From assembly GCA_964016885.1 (NCBI GenBank), contig OZ024742.1:106330001-106394000 (forward strand): a DNA stretch of 64,000 bases, given 5' to 3'. The stretch comes from Eledone cirrhosa. Its lineage: Eukaryota. Below, piece after piece: positions 50,501-64,000 of the stretch. A model generated the notes under the pieces. That model saw only the letters and a program-made list of their open reading frames with translations. It did not search any database and was not told the origin of the DNA. Each line of letters opens with the position of its first letter. The first letter of the stretch is position 1. Made by a program: the position numbers and the translations under genes.

Positions 50501-53500
50501 GTAGGGGGATGGGGCAGTGGGGTGTCTGTAAGTCAGTGTACGTAGGGGGATGGGGCAGTGGGGTGTCTGTAAGTGAGTGTACGTAGGGGGATGGGGCAGT
50601 GGGGTGTCTGTAAGTAAGTGTAGGTAGGGGGATGGGGCAGTGGGGTGTCTGTAAGTGAGTGTACGTAGGGGGATGGGGCAGTGGGGTGTCTGTAAGTAAG
50701 TGTAGGTAGGGGGATGGGGCAGTGGGGGGTCTGTAAGTGAGTGTAGGTAGGGAGATGGGGCAGTGGGGGGATCTGTAAGTGAGTGTACGTAGGGGGATGG
50801 GGCAGTGGGGTGTCTGTAAGTCAGTGTACCTAGGGTGATGGGGAAGTGCGGTGTCTGTAAGTTAGTGTACGTAGGGGGATGGGGAAGTGCGGTGTCTGCA
50901 AGTTAGTGTACGTAGGGGGATGGGGCAGTGCGGTGTCTGTAAGTGAGTGTACGTAGGTTGATGGGGCAGTGGGGTGTCTGTAAGTGAGTGTACGTAGGGG
51001 GATGGGGCAGTGCGGTGTGTGTAAGTGAGTGTACGTAGGGGGATGGGGAAGTGCGGTGTCTGTAAGTAAGTGTACGTAGGGGGATGGGGCAGTGCGGTGT
51101 CTGTAAGTGAGTGTACGTAGGGTGATGGGGCAGTGGGGTGTCTGTAAGTGAGTGTACGTAGAGTGATGGGGCACTGGGTTGTCTGTAAGTGAGTGTACGT
51201 AGGTTGATGGGGCAGTGCGGTGTCTGTAAGTGAGTGTACGTAGGGGGATGGGGCAGTGCGGTGTCTGTAAGTGAGTGTACGTAGGGTGATGGGGCAGTGG
51301 GGTGTCTGTAAGTGAGTGTACGTAGAGGGATGGGGCAGTGAGGTGTCTGTAAGTCAGTGTACGTAGGGTGATGGGGCAGTGGGGTGTCTGTAAGTCAGTG
51401 TACGTAGGGGGATGGGGCAGTGGGGTGTCTGTAAGTCAGTGTACGTAGGGTGATGGGGCAGTGGGGTGTCTGTAAGTCAGTGTACGTAGGGTGATGGGGC
51501 AGTGGGGTGTCTGTAAGTCAGTGTACGTAGGGGGATGGGGCAGTGGGGTGTCTGTAAGTGAGTGTACGTAGGGGGATGGGGCAGTGCGGTGTCTGTAAGT
51601 GAGTGTACGTAGGGTGATGGGGCAGTGGGGTGTCTGTAAGTGAGTGTACGTAGAGGGATGGGGCAGTGAGGTGTCTGTAAGTCAGTGTACGTAGGGTGAT
51701 GGGGCAGTGGGGTGTCTGTAAGTCAGTGTACGTAGGGGGATGGGGCAGTGGGGTGTCTGTAAGTGAGTGTACGTAGGGGGATGGGGAAGTGCGGTGTCTG
51801 TAAGTGAGTGTACGTAGGGGGATGGGGAAGTGCGGTGTCTGTAAGTGAGTGTACGTAGGGTGATGGTGCAGTGGGCGGGGGGTCTGTAAGTGAGTGTACG
51901 TAGGTTGATGGGGCAGTGGGGTGTCTGTAAGTGAGTGTACGTAGGGGGATGGGGCAGTGAGGTGTCTGTAAGTGAGTGTACGTTGGGGGATGGGGCAGTG
52001 AGGTGTCTGTAAGTAAGTGCAGGTAGGGGGATGGGGCAGTGGCGGGTCTGTAAGTGAGTGTACGTAGGGGGATGGGGCAGTGAGTTGTCTGTAAGTGAGT
52101 GTAGGTAGGGGGATGGGGAGGTGCGGTGTCTGTAAGTTAGTGTACGTAGGGTGATGGGGCAGTGGGGTGTCTGTAAGTGAGTGTACCTAGGGTGATGGGG
52201 CAGTGGGGTGTCTGTAAGTCAGTGTAAGTAGGGGGATGGGGCAGTGCGTTGTCTGTAAGTTAGTGTACGTAGGGGGATGGGGAACTGCGGTGTCTGTAAG
52301 TTAGTGTACGTAGGGCGATGGGGCAGTGCAGTGTCTGTAAGTGAGTGTACGTAGGGTGATGGTGCAGTGGGGTGTCTGTAAGTTAGTGTACGTAGGGGGA
52401 TGGGGAAGTGCGGTGTCTGTAAGTGAGTGTACGTAGGGGGATGGGGAAGTGCGGTGTCTGTAAGTTAGTGTACGTAGGGGGATGGGGCAGTGCGGTGTCT
52501 GTAAGTGAGTGTACGTAGGGTGATGGTGCAGTGGGGGGGTCTGTAAGTGAGTGTACGTAGGTTGATGGGGCAGTGGGGTGTCTGTAAGTGAGTGTACGTT
52601 GGGGGATGGGGCAGTGCGGTGTCTGTAAGTGAGTGTACGTAGGGGGATGGGGAAGTGCGGTGTCTGTAAGTAAGTGTACGTAGGGGGATGGGGCAGTGCG
52701 GTGTCTGTAAGTGAGTGTACGTAGGGTGATGGGGCAGTGGGGTGTCTGTAAGTGAGTGTACGTAGAGTGATGGGGCAGTGGGTTGTCTGTAAGTGAGTGT
52801 ACGTAGGTTGATGGGGCAGTGCGGTGTCTGTAAGTGAGTGTACGTAGGGTGATGGGGCAGTGCGGTGTCTGTAAGTCAGTGTAAGTAGGGTGATGGGGCA
52901 GTGGGGTGTCTGTAAGTGAGTGTACGTAGGGGGATGGGGAAGTGCGGTGTCTGTAAGTAAGTGTACGTAGGGGGATGGGGCAGTGCGGTGTCTGTAAGTG
53001 AGTGTACGTAGGGTGATGGGGCAGTGGGGTGTCTGTAAGTGAGTGTACGTAGGGGGATGGGGAAGTGCGGTGTCTGTAAGTAAGTGTACGTAGGGGGATG
53101 GGGCAGTGCGGTGTCTGTAAGTGAGTGTACGTAGGGTGATGGGGCAGTGGGTTGTCTGTAAGTGAGTGTACGTAGGTTGATGGGGCAGTGCGGTGTCTGT
53201 AAGTGAGTGTACGTAGGGGGATGGGGCAGTGCGGTGTCTGTAAGTCAGTGTAAGTAGGGTGATGGGGCAGTGGGGTGTCTGTAAGTGAGTGTACGTAGAG
53301 GGATGGGGCAGTGAGGTGTCTGTAAGTCAGTGTACGTAGGGTGATGGGGCAGTGGGGTGTCTGTAAGTCAGTGTACGTAGGGGGATGGGGCAGTGGGGTG
53401 TCTGTAAGTCAGTGTACGTATGGGGATGGGGCAGTGGGGTGTCTGTAAGTCAGTGTACGTAGGGGGATGGGGCAGTGGGGTGTCTGTAAGTCAGTGTACG

Positions 53501-56500
53501 TAGGGGGATGGGGCAGTGGGGTGTCTGTAAGTCAGTGTACGTAGGGGGATGGGGCAGTGGGGTGTCTGTAAGTCATTGTACGTAGGGGGATGGGGCAGTG
53601 GGGTGTCTGTAAGTCAGTGACGTAGGGTGTTGGGGCAGTGAGGTGTCTGTAAGTCAGTGTACGTAGGGTGATGGGGCAGTGGGGTGTCTGTAAGTCAGTG
53701 TACTTAGGGGGATAGGGCAGTGGGGTTTCTGTAAGTCAGTGTACGTAGGGTGTTGGGGCAGTGGGGTGTCTGTAAGTGAGTGTACGTAGGGTGATGGGGC
53801 AGTGGGGTGTCTGTAAGTCAGTGTACGTAGGGGGATGGGGCAGTGAGGTGTCTGTAAGTGAGTGTACGTAGGGTGATGGGGAAGTGGGGTGTCTGTAAGT
53901 GAGTGTACGTAGTGGGATGGGGCAGTGGGGTGTCTGTAAGTCAGTGTACGTAGGGGGATGGGGCAGTGAGGTGTCTCTAAGTCAGTGTACGTAGGGTGAT
54001 GGGGCAGTGGGGTGTCTGTAAGTCAGTGTACGTAGGGGGATGGGGCAGTGAGGTGTCTGTAAGTGAGTGTACGTAGGGTGTTGGGGCAGTGGGGTGTCTG
54101 TAAGTGAGTGTACGTAGGGGGATGGGGCAGTGGGGTGTCTGTAAGTGAGTATACGTAGGGGGATGGGGCAGTGGGGTGTCTGTAAGTGAGTGTACGTAGG
54201 GTGATGGCGCAGTGGGGTGTCTGTAAGTCAGTGTACGTAGGGTGATGGGGAAGTGGGGTGTCTGTAAGTCAGTGTACGTAGGGTGATGGGGCAGTGGGGT
54301 GTCTGTAAGTCAGTGTACGTAGGGGGGTGGGGCAGTGGGGTGTCTGTAAGTCACTGTACGTAGGGGGATGGGGCAGTGGGGTGTCTGTAAGTGAGTGTAC
54401 GTAGGGTGATGGCGCAGTGGGGTGTCTGTAAGTCAGTGTACGTAGCAGGATCGGGCAGTGGGGTTTCTGTAAGTCAGTGTACGTAGGGGGATGGGGCAGT
54501 GGGGTGTCTGTAAGTCAGTGTACGTACGGTGATGGGGCAGTGGGGTGTCTGTAAATCAGTGTACGTAGGGTGATGGCGCAGTGGGGTGTCTGTAAGTCAG
54601 TGTACGTAGGGTGGTGGGGCAGTAGGGTGTCTCTAAGTCAGTGTACGTAGGGTGATGGGGCAGTAGGGTGTCTCTAAGTCAGTGTACGTAGGGTGATGGG
54701 GCATTAGGGTGTCTCTAAGTCAGTGTACGTAGGGTGATGGGGCAGTAGGGTGTCTCTAAGTCAGTGTACGTAGGGTGATGGGGCAGTAGGGTGTCTCTAA
54801 GTCAGTGACGTAGGGTGGTGGGGCAGTAGGGTGTCTCTAAGTCAGTGTACGTAGGGTGATGGGGCAGTAGGGTGTCTCTAAGTCAGTGACGTAGGGTGGT
54901 GGGGCAGTAGGGTGTCTCTAAGTCAGTGTACGTAGGGTGATGGGGCAGTAGGGTGTCTCTAAGTCAGTGTACGTATGGTGATGGGGCAGTGGGGTGTCTG
55001 TAAGTGAGTGTACGTAGGGTGATGGGGCAGTAGGGTGTCTGTAAGTCAGTGACGTAGGTTGATGGGGCAGTAGGGTGTCTGTAAGTCAGTGACGTAGGGT
55101 GATGGGGCAGTAGGGTGTCTCTAAGTCAGTGTACGTAGGGTGATGGGGCAGTAGGGTGTCTCTAAGTCAGTGTACGTAGGGTGATGGGGCAGTAGGGTGT
55201 CTCTAAGTCAGTGTACGTATGGTGATGGGGCAGTGCGGTGTCTGTAAGTGAGTGTACGTAGGGTGATGGTGCAGTGGGGGGGTCTGTAAGTGAGTGTACG
55301 TAGGGGGATGGGGAAGTGGGGTGTCTGTAAGTGAGTGTACGTAGGGGGATGGGGAAGTGCGGTGTCTGTAAGTGAGTGTACGTAGGGTGATGGGGCAGTG
55401 CGGTGTATGTAAGTTAGTGTACGTAGGGGGGTGGGGCAGTGGGGGGTCTGTAAGTGAGTGTACGTAGGGGGATGGGGAAGTGCGGTGTCTGTAAGTGAGT
55501 GTACGTAGGGTGATGGGGCAGTGCGGTGTATGTAAGTTAGTGTACGTAGGGGGATGGGGAAGTGCGGTGTATGTAAGTTAGTGTACGTAGGGGGGTGGGG
55601 CAGTGGGGGGTCTGTAAGTGAGTGTAGGTAGGGTGATGGGGCAGTGGGGGGTCTGTAAGTGAGTGTACGTAGGGGGATGGGGAAGTGCGGTGTCTGTAAG
55701 TTAGTGTACTTAGGGGGATGGGGCAGTGGGGGGTCTGTAAGTTAGTGTACGTAGGGGGATGGGGAAGTGCGGTGTCTGTAAGTGAGTGTACGTAGGGGGA
55801 TGGGGAAGTGCGGTGTCTGTAAGTGAGTGTACGTAGGGGGATGGGGCAGTGCGGTGTCTGTGAGTGAGTGTACGTAGGGGGATGGCGAAGTGCGGTGTCT
55901 GTAAGTGAGTGTACGTAGGAGGATGGGGCAGTGGGGTGTCTGTAAGTGAGTGTACGTAGGGGGATGGGGCAGGGAGGTGTCTGTGAGTGAGTGTACGTAG
56001 GGGGATGGCGAAGTGCGGTGTCTGTAAGTGAGTGTACGTAGGGGGATGGGGCAGGGAGGTGTCTGTAAGTGAGTGTACGTAGGGGGATGGGGCAGTGAGG
56101 TGTCTGTAAGTAAGTGGAGGTAGGGGGATGGGGCACTGAGGTGTCTGTAAGTGAGTGTAGGTAGGGAGATGGGGCAGTGGGGGGATCTGTAAGTGAGTGT
56201 ACGTAGGGGGATGGGGAAGTGCGGTGTCTGTAGGTTAGTGTACGTAGGGTGATGGGGCAGTGGGGTGTCTGTAAGTGAGTGTACCTAGGGTGATGGGGCA
56301 GTGCGGTGTATGTAAGTTAGTGTACGTAGGGGGATGGGGCAGTGCGGTGTCTGTAAGTTAGTGTACGTAGGGGGATGGGGAAGTGCGGTGTCTGTAAGTG
56401 AGTGTACGTAGGGGGATGGGGAAGTGCGGTGTCTGTAAGTTAGTGTACGTAGGGGGATGGGGCAGTGCGGTGTCTGTAAGTGAGTGTACGTAGGGTGATG

Positions 56501-59500
56501 GTGCAGTGGGGGGGGTCTGTAAGTGAGTGTACGTAGGTTGATGGGGCAGTGGGGTGTCTGTAAGTAAGTGTACGTAGGGGGATGGGGCAGTGGGGTGTCT
56601 GTAAGTGAGTGTACGTAGAGTGATGGGGCACTGGGTTGTCTGTAACTGAGTGTACGTAGGTTGATGGGGCAGTGCGGTGTCTGTAAGTGAGTGTACGTAG
56701 GGTGATGGGGCAGTGGGGTGTCTGTAAGTGAGTGTACGTAGAGGGATGGGGCAGTGAGGTGTCTGTAAGTCAGTGTACGTAGGATGATGGGGCAGTGGGG
56801 TGTCTGTAAGTCAGTGTACGTAGGGGGATGGGGCAGTGGGGTGTCTGTAAGTGAGTGTACGTAGGGGGATGGGGAAGTGCGGTGTCTGTAAGTTAGTGTA
56901 CGTAGGGGGATGGGGAAGTGCGGTGTCTGTAAGTGAGTGTACGTAGGGGGATGGGGAAGTGCGGTGTCTGTAAGTGAGTGCACGTAGGGGGATGGGGAAG
57001 TGCGGTGTCTGTAAGTGAGTGTACGTAGGGGGATGGGGCAGTGCGGTGTCTGTAAGTGAGTGTACGTAGGGGGATGGGGAAGTGCGGTGTCTGTAAGTGA
57101 GTGTACGTAGGGGGATGGGGCAGTGGGGTGTCTGTATGTTAGTGTACGTAGGGGGATGGGGAAGTGCGGTGTCTGTAAGTGAGTGTACGTAGGGGGATGG
57201 GGAAGTGCGGTGTCTGTAAGTGAGTGTACGTAGGGTGATGGTGCAGTGGGGGGGGGTCTGTAAGTGAGTGTACGTAGGTTGATGGGGCAGTGGGGTGTCT
57301 GTAAGTGAGTGTACGTAGGGGGATGGGGCAGTGAGGTGTCTGTAAGTGAGTGTACGTTGGGGGATGGGGCAGTGAGGTGTCTGTAAGTAAGTGCAGGTAG
57401 GGGGATGGGGCAGTGGCGGGTCTGTAAGTGAGTGTACGTAGGGGGATGGGGCAGTGAGGTGTCTGTAAGTGAGTGTAGGTAGGGGGATGGGGAAGTGCGG
57501 TGTCTGTAAGTCAGTGTACGTAGGGTGATGGGGCAGGAGGTGTCTGTAAGTGAGTGTACGTAGGGGGATGGGGCAGTGGGGTGTCTGTAAGTCAGTGTAC
57601 GTAGGGGGATGGGGCAGTGGGGTGTCTCTAAGTCAGTGTAAGTAGGGGGATGGGGCAGTGGGGTGTCTGTAACTGAGTGTACGTAGGGTGATGGCGCAGT
57701 GGGGTGTCTCTAAGTCAGTGTACGTAGGGGGATGGGGCAGTGGGGTGTCTGTAAGTCAGTGTACGTAGGGGGATGGGGCAGTGGGGTGTCTGTAAGTCAG
57801 TGTACGTAGGGTGATGGGGCAGTGGGGTGTCTGTAAGTCAGTGTACGTAGGGGGATGGGGCAGTGGGGTGTCTGTAAGTGAGTGTACGTAGGGGGATGGG
57901 GCAGTGGGGTGTCTGTAAGTAAGTGTAGGTAGGGGGATGGGGCAGTGGGGTGTCTGTAAGTGAGTGTACGTAGGGGGATGGGGCAGTGGGGTGTCTGTAA
58001 GTAAGTGTAGGTAGGGGGATGGGGCAGTGGGGGGTCTGTAAGTGAGTGTAGGTAGGGAGATGGGGCAGTGGGGGGATCTGTAAGTGAGTGTACGTAGGGG
58101 GATGGGGCAGTGGGGTGTCTGTAAGTCAGTGTACCTAGGGTGATGGGGAAGTGCGGTGTCTGTAAGTTAGTGTACGTAGGGGGATGGGGAAGTGCGGTGT
58201 CTGCAAGTTAGTGTACGTAGGGGGATGGGGCAGTGCGGTGTCTGTAAGTGAGTGTACGTAGGTTGATGGGGCAGTGGGGTGTCTGTAAGTGAGTGTACGT
58301 AGGGGGATGGGGCAGTGCGGTGTGTGTAAGTGAGTGTACGTAGGGGGATGGGGAAGTGCGGTGTCTGTAAGTAAGTGTACGTAGGGGGATGGGGCAGTGC
58401 GGTGTCTGTAAGTGAGTGTACGTAGGGTGATGGGGCAGTGGGGTGTCTGTAAGTGAGTGTACGTAGAGTGATGGGGCACTGGGTTGTCTGTAAGTGAGTG
58501 TACGTAGGTTGATGGGGCAGTGCGGTGTCTGTAAGTGAGTGTACGTAGGGGGATGGGGCAGTGCGGTGTCTGTAAGTGAGTGTACGTAGGGTGATGGGGC
58601 AGTGGGGTGTCTGTAAGTGAGTGTACGTAGAGGGATGGGGCAGTGAGGTGTCTGTAAGTCAGTGTACGTAGGGTGATGGGGCAGTGGGGTGTCTGTAAGT
58701 CAGTGTACGTAGGGGGATGGGGCAGTGGGGTGTCTGTAAGTCAGTGTACGTAGGGTGATGGGGCAGTGGGGTGTCTGTAAGTCAGTGTACGTAGGGTGAT
58801 GGGGCAGTGGGGTGTCTGTAAGTCAGTGTACGTAGGGGGATGGGGCAGTGGGGTGTCTGTAAGTGAGTGTACGTAGGGGGATGGGGCAGTGCGGTGTCTG
58901 TAAGTGAGTGTACGTAGGGTGATGGGGCAGTGGGGTGTCTGTAAGTGAGTGTACGTAGAGGGATGGGGCAGTGAGGTGTCTGTAAGTCAGTGTACGTAGG
59001 GTGATGGGGCAGTGGGGTGTCTGTAAGTCAGTGTACGTAGGGGGATGGGGCAGTGGGGTGTCTGTAAGTGAGTGTACGTAGGGGGATGGGGAAGTGCGGT
59101 GTCTGTAAGTGAGTGTACGTAGGGGGATGGGGAAGTGCGGTGTCTGTAAGTGAGTGTACGTAGGGGGATGGGGCAGTGGGGTGTCTGTAAGTTAGTGTAC
59201 GTAGGGGGATAGGGAAGTGCGGTGTCTGTAAGTGAGTGTACGTAGGGGGATGGGGAAGTGCGGTGTCTGTAAGTGAGTGTACGTAGGGTGATGGTGCAGT
59301 GGGGGGGGGGGTCTGTAAGTGAGTGTACGTAGGTTGATGGGGCAGTGGGGTGTCTGTAAGTGAGTGTACGTAGGGGGATGGGGCAGTGAGGTGTCTGTAA
59401 GTGAGTGTACGTTGGGGGATGGGGCAGTGAGGTGTCTGTAAGTAAGTGCAGGTAGGGGGATGGGGCAGTGGCGGGTCTGTAAGTGAGTGTACGTAGGGGG

Positions 59501-62500
59501 ATGGGGCAGTGAGTTGTCTGTAAGTGAGTGTAGGTAGGGGGATGGGGAGGTGCGGTGTCTGTAAGTTAGTGTACGTAGGGTGATGGGGCAGTGGGGTGTC
59601 TGTAAGTGAGTGTACCTAGGGTGATGGGGCAGTGGGGTGTCTGTAAGTCAGTGTAAGTAGGGGGATGGGGCAGTGCGTTGTCTGTAAGTTAGTGTACGTA
59701 GGGGGATGGGGAACTGCGGTATCTGTAAGTTAGTGTACGTAGGGCGATGGGGCAGTGCAGTGTCTGTAAGTGAGTGTACGTAGGGTGATGGTGCAGTGGG
59801 GTGTCTGTAAGTTAGTGTACGTAGGGGGATGGGGAAGTGCGGTGTCTGTAAGTGAGTGTACGTAGGGGGATGGGGAAGTGCGGTGTCTGTAAGTTAGTGT
59901 ACGTAGGGGGATGGGGCAGTGCGGTGTCTGTAAGTGAGTGTACGTAGGGTGATGGTGCAGTGGGGGGGTCTGTAAGTGAGTGTACGTAGGTTGATGGGGC
60001 AGTGGGGTGTCTGTAAGTGAGTGTACGTTGGGGGATGGGGCAGTGCGGTGTCTGTAAGTGAGTGTACGTAGGGGGATGGGGAAGTGCGGTGTCTGTAAGT
60101 AAGTGTACGTAGGGGGATGGGGCAGTGCGGTGTCTGTAAGTGAGTGTACGTAGGGTGATGGGGCAGTGGGGTGTCTGTAAGTGAGTGTACGTAGAGTGAT
60201 GGGGCAGTGGGTTGTCTGTAAGTGAGTGTACGTAGGTTGATGGGGCAGTGCGGTGTCTGTAAGTGAGTGTATGTAGGGTGATGGGGCAGTGCGGTGTCTG
60301 TAAGTCAGTGTAAGTAGGGTGATGGGGCAGTGGGGTGTCTGTAAGTGAGTGTACGTAGGGGGATGGGGAAGTGCGGTGTCTGTAAGTAAGTGTACGTAGG
60401 GGGATGGGGCAGTGCGGTGTCTGTAAGTGAGTGTACGTAGGGTGATGGGGCAGTGGGGTGTCTGTAAGTGAGTGTACGTAGGGGGATGGGGAAGTGCGGT
60501 GTCTGTAAGTAAGTGTACGTAGGGGGATGGGGCAGTGCGGTGTCTGTAAGTGAGTGTACGTAGGGTGATGGGGCAGTGGGTTGTCTGTAAGTGAGTGTAC
60601 GTAGGTTGATGGGGCAGTGCGGTGTCTGTAAGTGAGTGTACGTAGGGGGATGGGGCAGTGCGGTGTCTGTAAGTCAGTGTAAGTAGGGTGATGGGGCAGT
60701 GGGGTGTCTGTAAGTGAGTGTACGTAGAGGGATGGGGCAGTGAGGTGTCTGTAAGTCAGTGTACGTAGGGTGATGGTGCAGTGGGGTGTCTGTAAGTCAG
60801 TGTACGTAGGGGGATGGGGCAGTGGGGTGTCTGTAAGTCAGTGTACGTATGGGGATGGGGCAGTGGGGTGTCTGTAAGTCAGTGTACGTAGGGGGATGGG
60901 GCAGTGGGGTGTCTGTAAGTCAGTGTACGTAGGGGGATGGGGCAGTGGGGTGTCTGTAAGTCAGTGTACGTAGGGGGATGGGGCAGTGGGGTGTCTGTAA
61001 GTCATTGTACGTAGGGGGATGGGGCAGTGGGGTGTCTGTAAGTCAGTGACGTAGGGTGTTGGGGCAGTGAGGTGTCTGTAAGTCAGTGTACGTAGGGTGA
61101 TGGGGCAGTGGGGTGTCTGTAAGTCAGTGTACTTAGGGGGATAGGGCAGTGGGGTTTCTGTAAGTCAGTGTACGTAGGGTGTTGGGGCAGTGGGGTGTCT
61201 GTAAGTGAGTGTACGTAGGGTGATGGGGCAGTGGGGTGTCTGTAAGTCAGTGTACGTAGGGGGATGGGGCAGTGAGGTGTCTGTAAGTGAGTGTACGTAG
61301 GGTGATGGGGAAGTGGGGTGTCTGTAAGTGAGTGTACGTAGTGGGATGGGGCAGTGGGGTGTCTGTAAGTCAGTGTACGTAGGGGGATGGGGCAGTGAGG
61401 TGTCTGTAAGTCAGTGTACGTAGGGTGATGGGGCAGTGGGGTGTCTGTAAGTCAGTGTACGTAGGGGGATGGGGCAGTGAGGTGTCTGTAAGTGAGTGTA
61501 CGTAGGGTGTTGGGGCAGTGGGGTGTCTGTAAGTGAGTGTACGTAGGGGGATGGGGCAGTGGGGTGTCTGTAAGTGAGTATACGTAGGGGGATGGGGCAG
61601 TGGGGTGTCTGTAAGTGAGTGTACGTAGGGTGATGGCGCAGTGGGGTGTCTGTAAGTCAGTGTACGTAGGGTGATGGGGAAGTGGGGTGTCTGTAAGTCA
61701 GTGTACGTAGGGTGATGGGGCAGTGGGGTGTCTGTAAGTCAGTGTACGTAGGGGGGTGGGGCAGTGGGGTGTCTGTAAGTCACTGTACGTAGGGGGATGG
61801 GGCAGTGGGGTGTCTGTAAGTGAGTGTACGTAGGGTGATGGCGCAGTGGGGTGTCTGTAAGTCAGTGTACGTAGCAGGATCGGGCAGTGGGGTTTCTGTA
61901 AGTCAGTGTACGTAGGGGGATGGGGCAGTGGGGTGTCTGTAAGTCAGTGTACGTACGGTGATGGGGCAGTGGGGTGTCTGTAAATCAGTGTACGTAGGGT
62001 GATGGCGCAGTGGGGTGTCTGTAAGTCAGTGTACGTAGGGTGGTGGGGCAGTAGGGTGTCTCTAAGTCAGTGTACGTAGGGTGATGGGGCAGTAGGGTGT
62101 CTCTAAGTCAGTGTACGTAGGGTGATGGGGCATTAGGGTGTCTCTAAGTCAGTGTACGTAGGGTGATGGGGCAGTAGGGTGTCTCTAAGTCAGTGTACGT
62201 AGGGTGATGGGGCAGTAGGGTGTCTCTAAGTCAGTGACGTAGGGTGGTGGGGCAGTAGGGTGTCTCTAAGTCAGTGTACGTAGGGTGATGGGGCAGTAGG
62301 GTGTCTCTAAGTCAGTGACGTAGGGTGGTGGGGCAGTAGGGTGTCTCTAAGTCAGTGTACGTAGGGTGATGGGGCAGTAGGGTGTCTCTAAGTCAGTGTA
62401 CGTATGGTGATGGGGCAGTGGGGTGTCTGTAAGTGAGTGTACGTAGGGTGATGGGGCAGTAGGGTGTCTGTAAGTCAGTGACGTAGGTTGATGGGGCAGT

Positions 62501-64000
62501 AGGGTGTCTGTAAGTCAGTGACGTAGGGTGATGGGGCAGTAGGGTGTCTCTAAGTCAGTGTACGTAGGGTGATGGGGCAGTAGGGTGTCTCTAAGTCAGT
62601 GTACGTAGGGTGATGGGGCAGTAGGGTGTCTCTAAGTCAGTGTACGTATGGTGATGGGGCAGTGCGGTGTCTGTAAGTGAGTGTACGTAGGGTGATGGTG
62701 CAGTGGGGGGGTCTGTAAGTGAGTGTACGTAGGGGGATGGGGAAGTGGGGTGTCTGTAAGTGAGTGTACGTAGGGGGATGGGGAAGTGCGGTGTCTGTAA
62801 GTGAGTGTACGTAGGGTGATGGGGCAGTGCGGTGTATGTAAGTTAGTGTACGTAGGGGGGTGGGGCAGTGGGGGGTCTGTAAGTGAGTGTACGTAGGGGG
62901 ATGGGGAAGTGCGGTGTCTGTAAGTGAGTGTACGTAGGGTGATGGGGCAGTGCGGTGTATGTAAGTTAGTGTACGTAGGGGGATGGGGAAGTGCGGTGTA
63001 TGTAAGTTAGTGTACGTAGGGGGGTGGGGCAGTGGGGGGTCTGTAAGTGAGTGTAGGTAGGGTGATGGGGCAGTGGGGGGTCTGTAAGTGAGTGTACGTA
63101 GGGGGATGGGGAAGTGCGGTGTCTGTAAGTTAGTGTACTTAGGGGGATGGGGCAGTGGGGGGTCTGTAAGTTAGTGTACGTAGGGGGATGGGGAAGTGCG
63201 GTGTCTGTAAGTGAGTGTACGTAGGGGGATGGGGAAGTGCGGTGTCTGTAAGTGAGTGTACGTAGGGGGATGGGGCAGTGCGGTGTCTGTGAGTGAGTGT
63301 ACGTAGGGGGATGGCGAAGTGCGGTGTCTGTAAGTGAGTGTACGTAGGAGGATGGGGCAGTGGGGTGTCTGTAAGTGAGTGTACGTAGGGGGATGGGGCA
63401 GGGAGGTGTCTGTGAGTGAGTGTACGTAGGGGGATGGCGAAGTGCGGTGTCTGTAAGTGAGTGTACGTAGGGGGATGGGGCAGGGAGGTGTCTGTAAGTG
63501 AGTGTACGTAGGGGGATGGGGCAGTGAGGTGTCTGTAAGTAAGTGGAGGTAGGGGGATGGGGCACTGAGGTGTCTGTAAGTGAGTGTAGGTAGGGAGATG
63601 GGGCAGTGGGGGGATCTGTAAGTGAGTGTACGTAGGGGGATGGGGAAGTGCGGTGTCTGTAGGTTAGTGTACGTAGGGTGATGGGGCAGTGGGGTGTCTG
63701 TAAGTGAGTGTACCTAGGGTGATGGGGCAGTGCGGTGTATGTAAGTTAGTGTACGTAGGGGGATGGGGCAGTGCGGTGTCTGTAAGTTAGTGTACGTAGG
63801 GGGATGGGGAAGTGCGGTGTCTGTAAGTGAGTGTACGTAGGGGGATGGGGAAGTGCGGTGTCTGTAAGTTAGTGTACGTAGGGGGATGGGGCAGTGCGGT
63901 GTCTGTAAGTGAGTGTACGTAGGGTGATGGTGCAGTGGGGGGGGTCTGTAAGTGAGTGTACGTAGGTTGATGGGGCAGTGGGGTGTCTGTAAGTAAGTGT
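44585..64000 (+). repeat. 41-bp G-rich satellite array, >19 kb (~470 units), continues past window end
   Basis: Unit gtgtacgtagg(g/t)gatggggcagtggggtgtctgtaagt(c/g)a; contains variant domains and higher-order duplications. Confidence 0.97.

Noticed and set aside
50830-63565. Minus-strand ORFs of 63-232 aa with PHCPIPLRTLTY repeats
   Set aside because: Read-through of the 41-bp satellite; the frames cycle every three units and there is no gene structure.

Overview
Repeat-dominated animal genomic DNA with no intact host gene that I can support. The SINE families and the microsatellite density resemble a coleoid cephalopod (Octopus-like); that assignment is an inference from recalled families, not a search result. 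1-4124 is the 3' part of a decayed Helitron (Rep/PIF1 helicase, CTAG end). 5376-13510 is a chain of retroelements, each separated by (AAT)n: four tRNA/Meta-type SINEs, a near full-length Tx1-like LINE (minus) and a 5'-truncated R4/Dong-like RLE LINE (plus). 13.5-44.5 kb holds microsatellites, minisatellites (18, 23, 36 and ~90 bp units) and old mariner, pogo, RTE, RLE and hAT relics. It also carries several minimal hammerhead-ribozyme (HHR) motifs and long fold-back palindromes; two of the palindromes turn around at HHR-like GAAA-palindrome-UH remnants, which suggests Penelope-like/retrozyme activity. From ~44.6 kb to the window end is a G-rich 41-bp satellite with higher-order duplications (2788 bp and ~7.3-7.4 kb). 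Most ORFs in the supplied track are translations of repeats.
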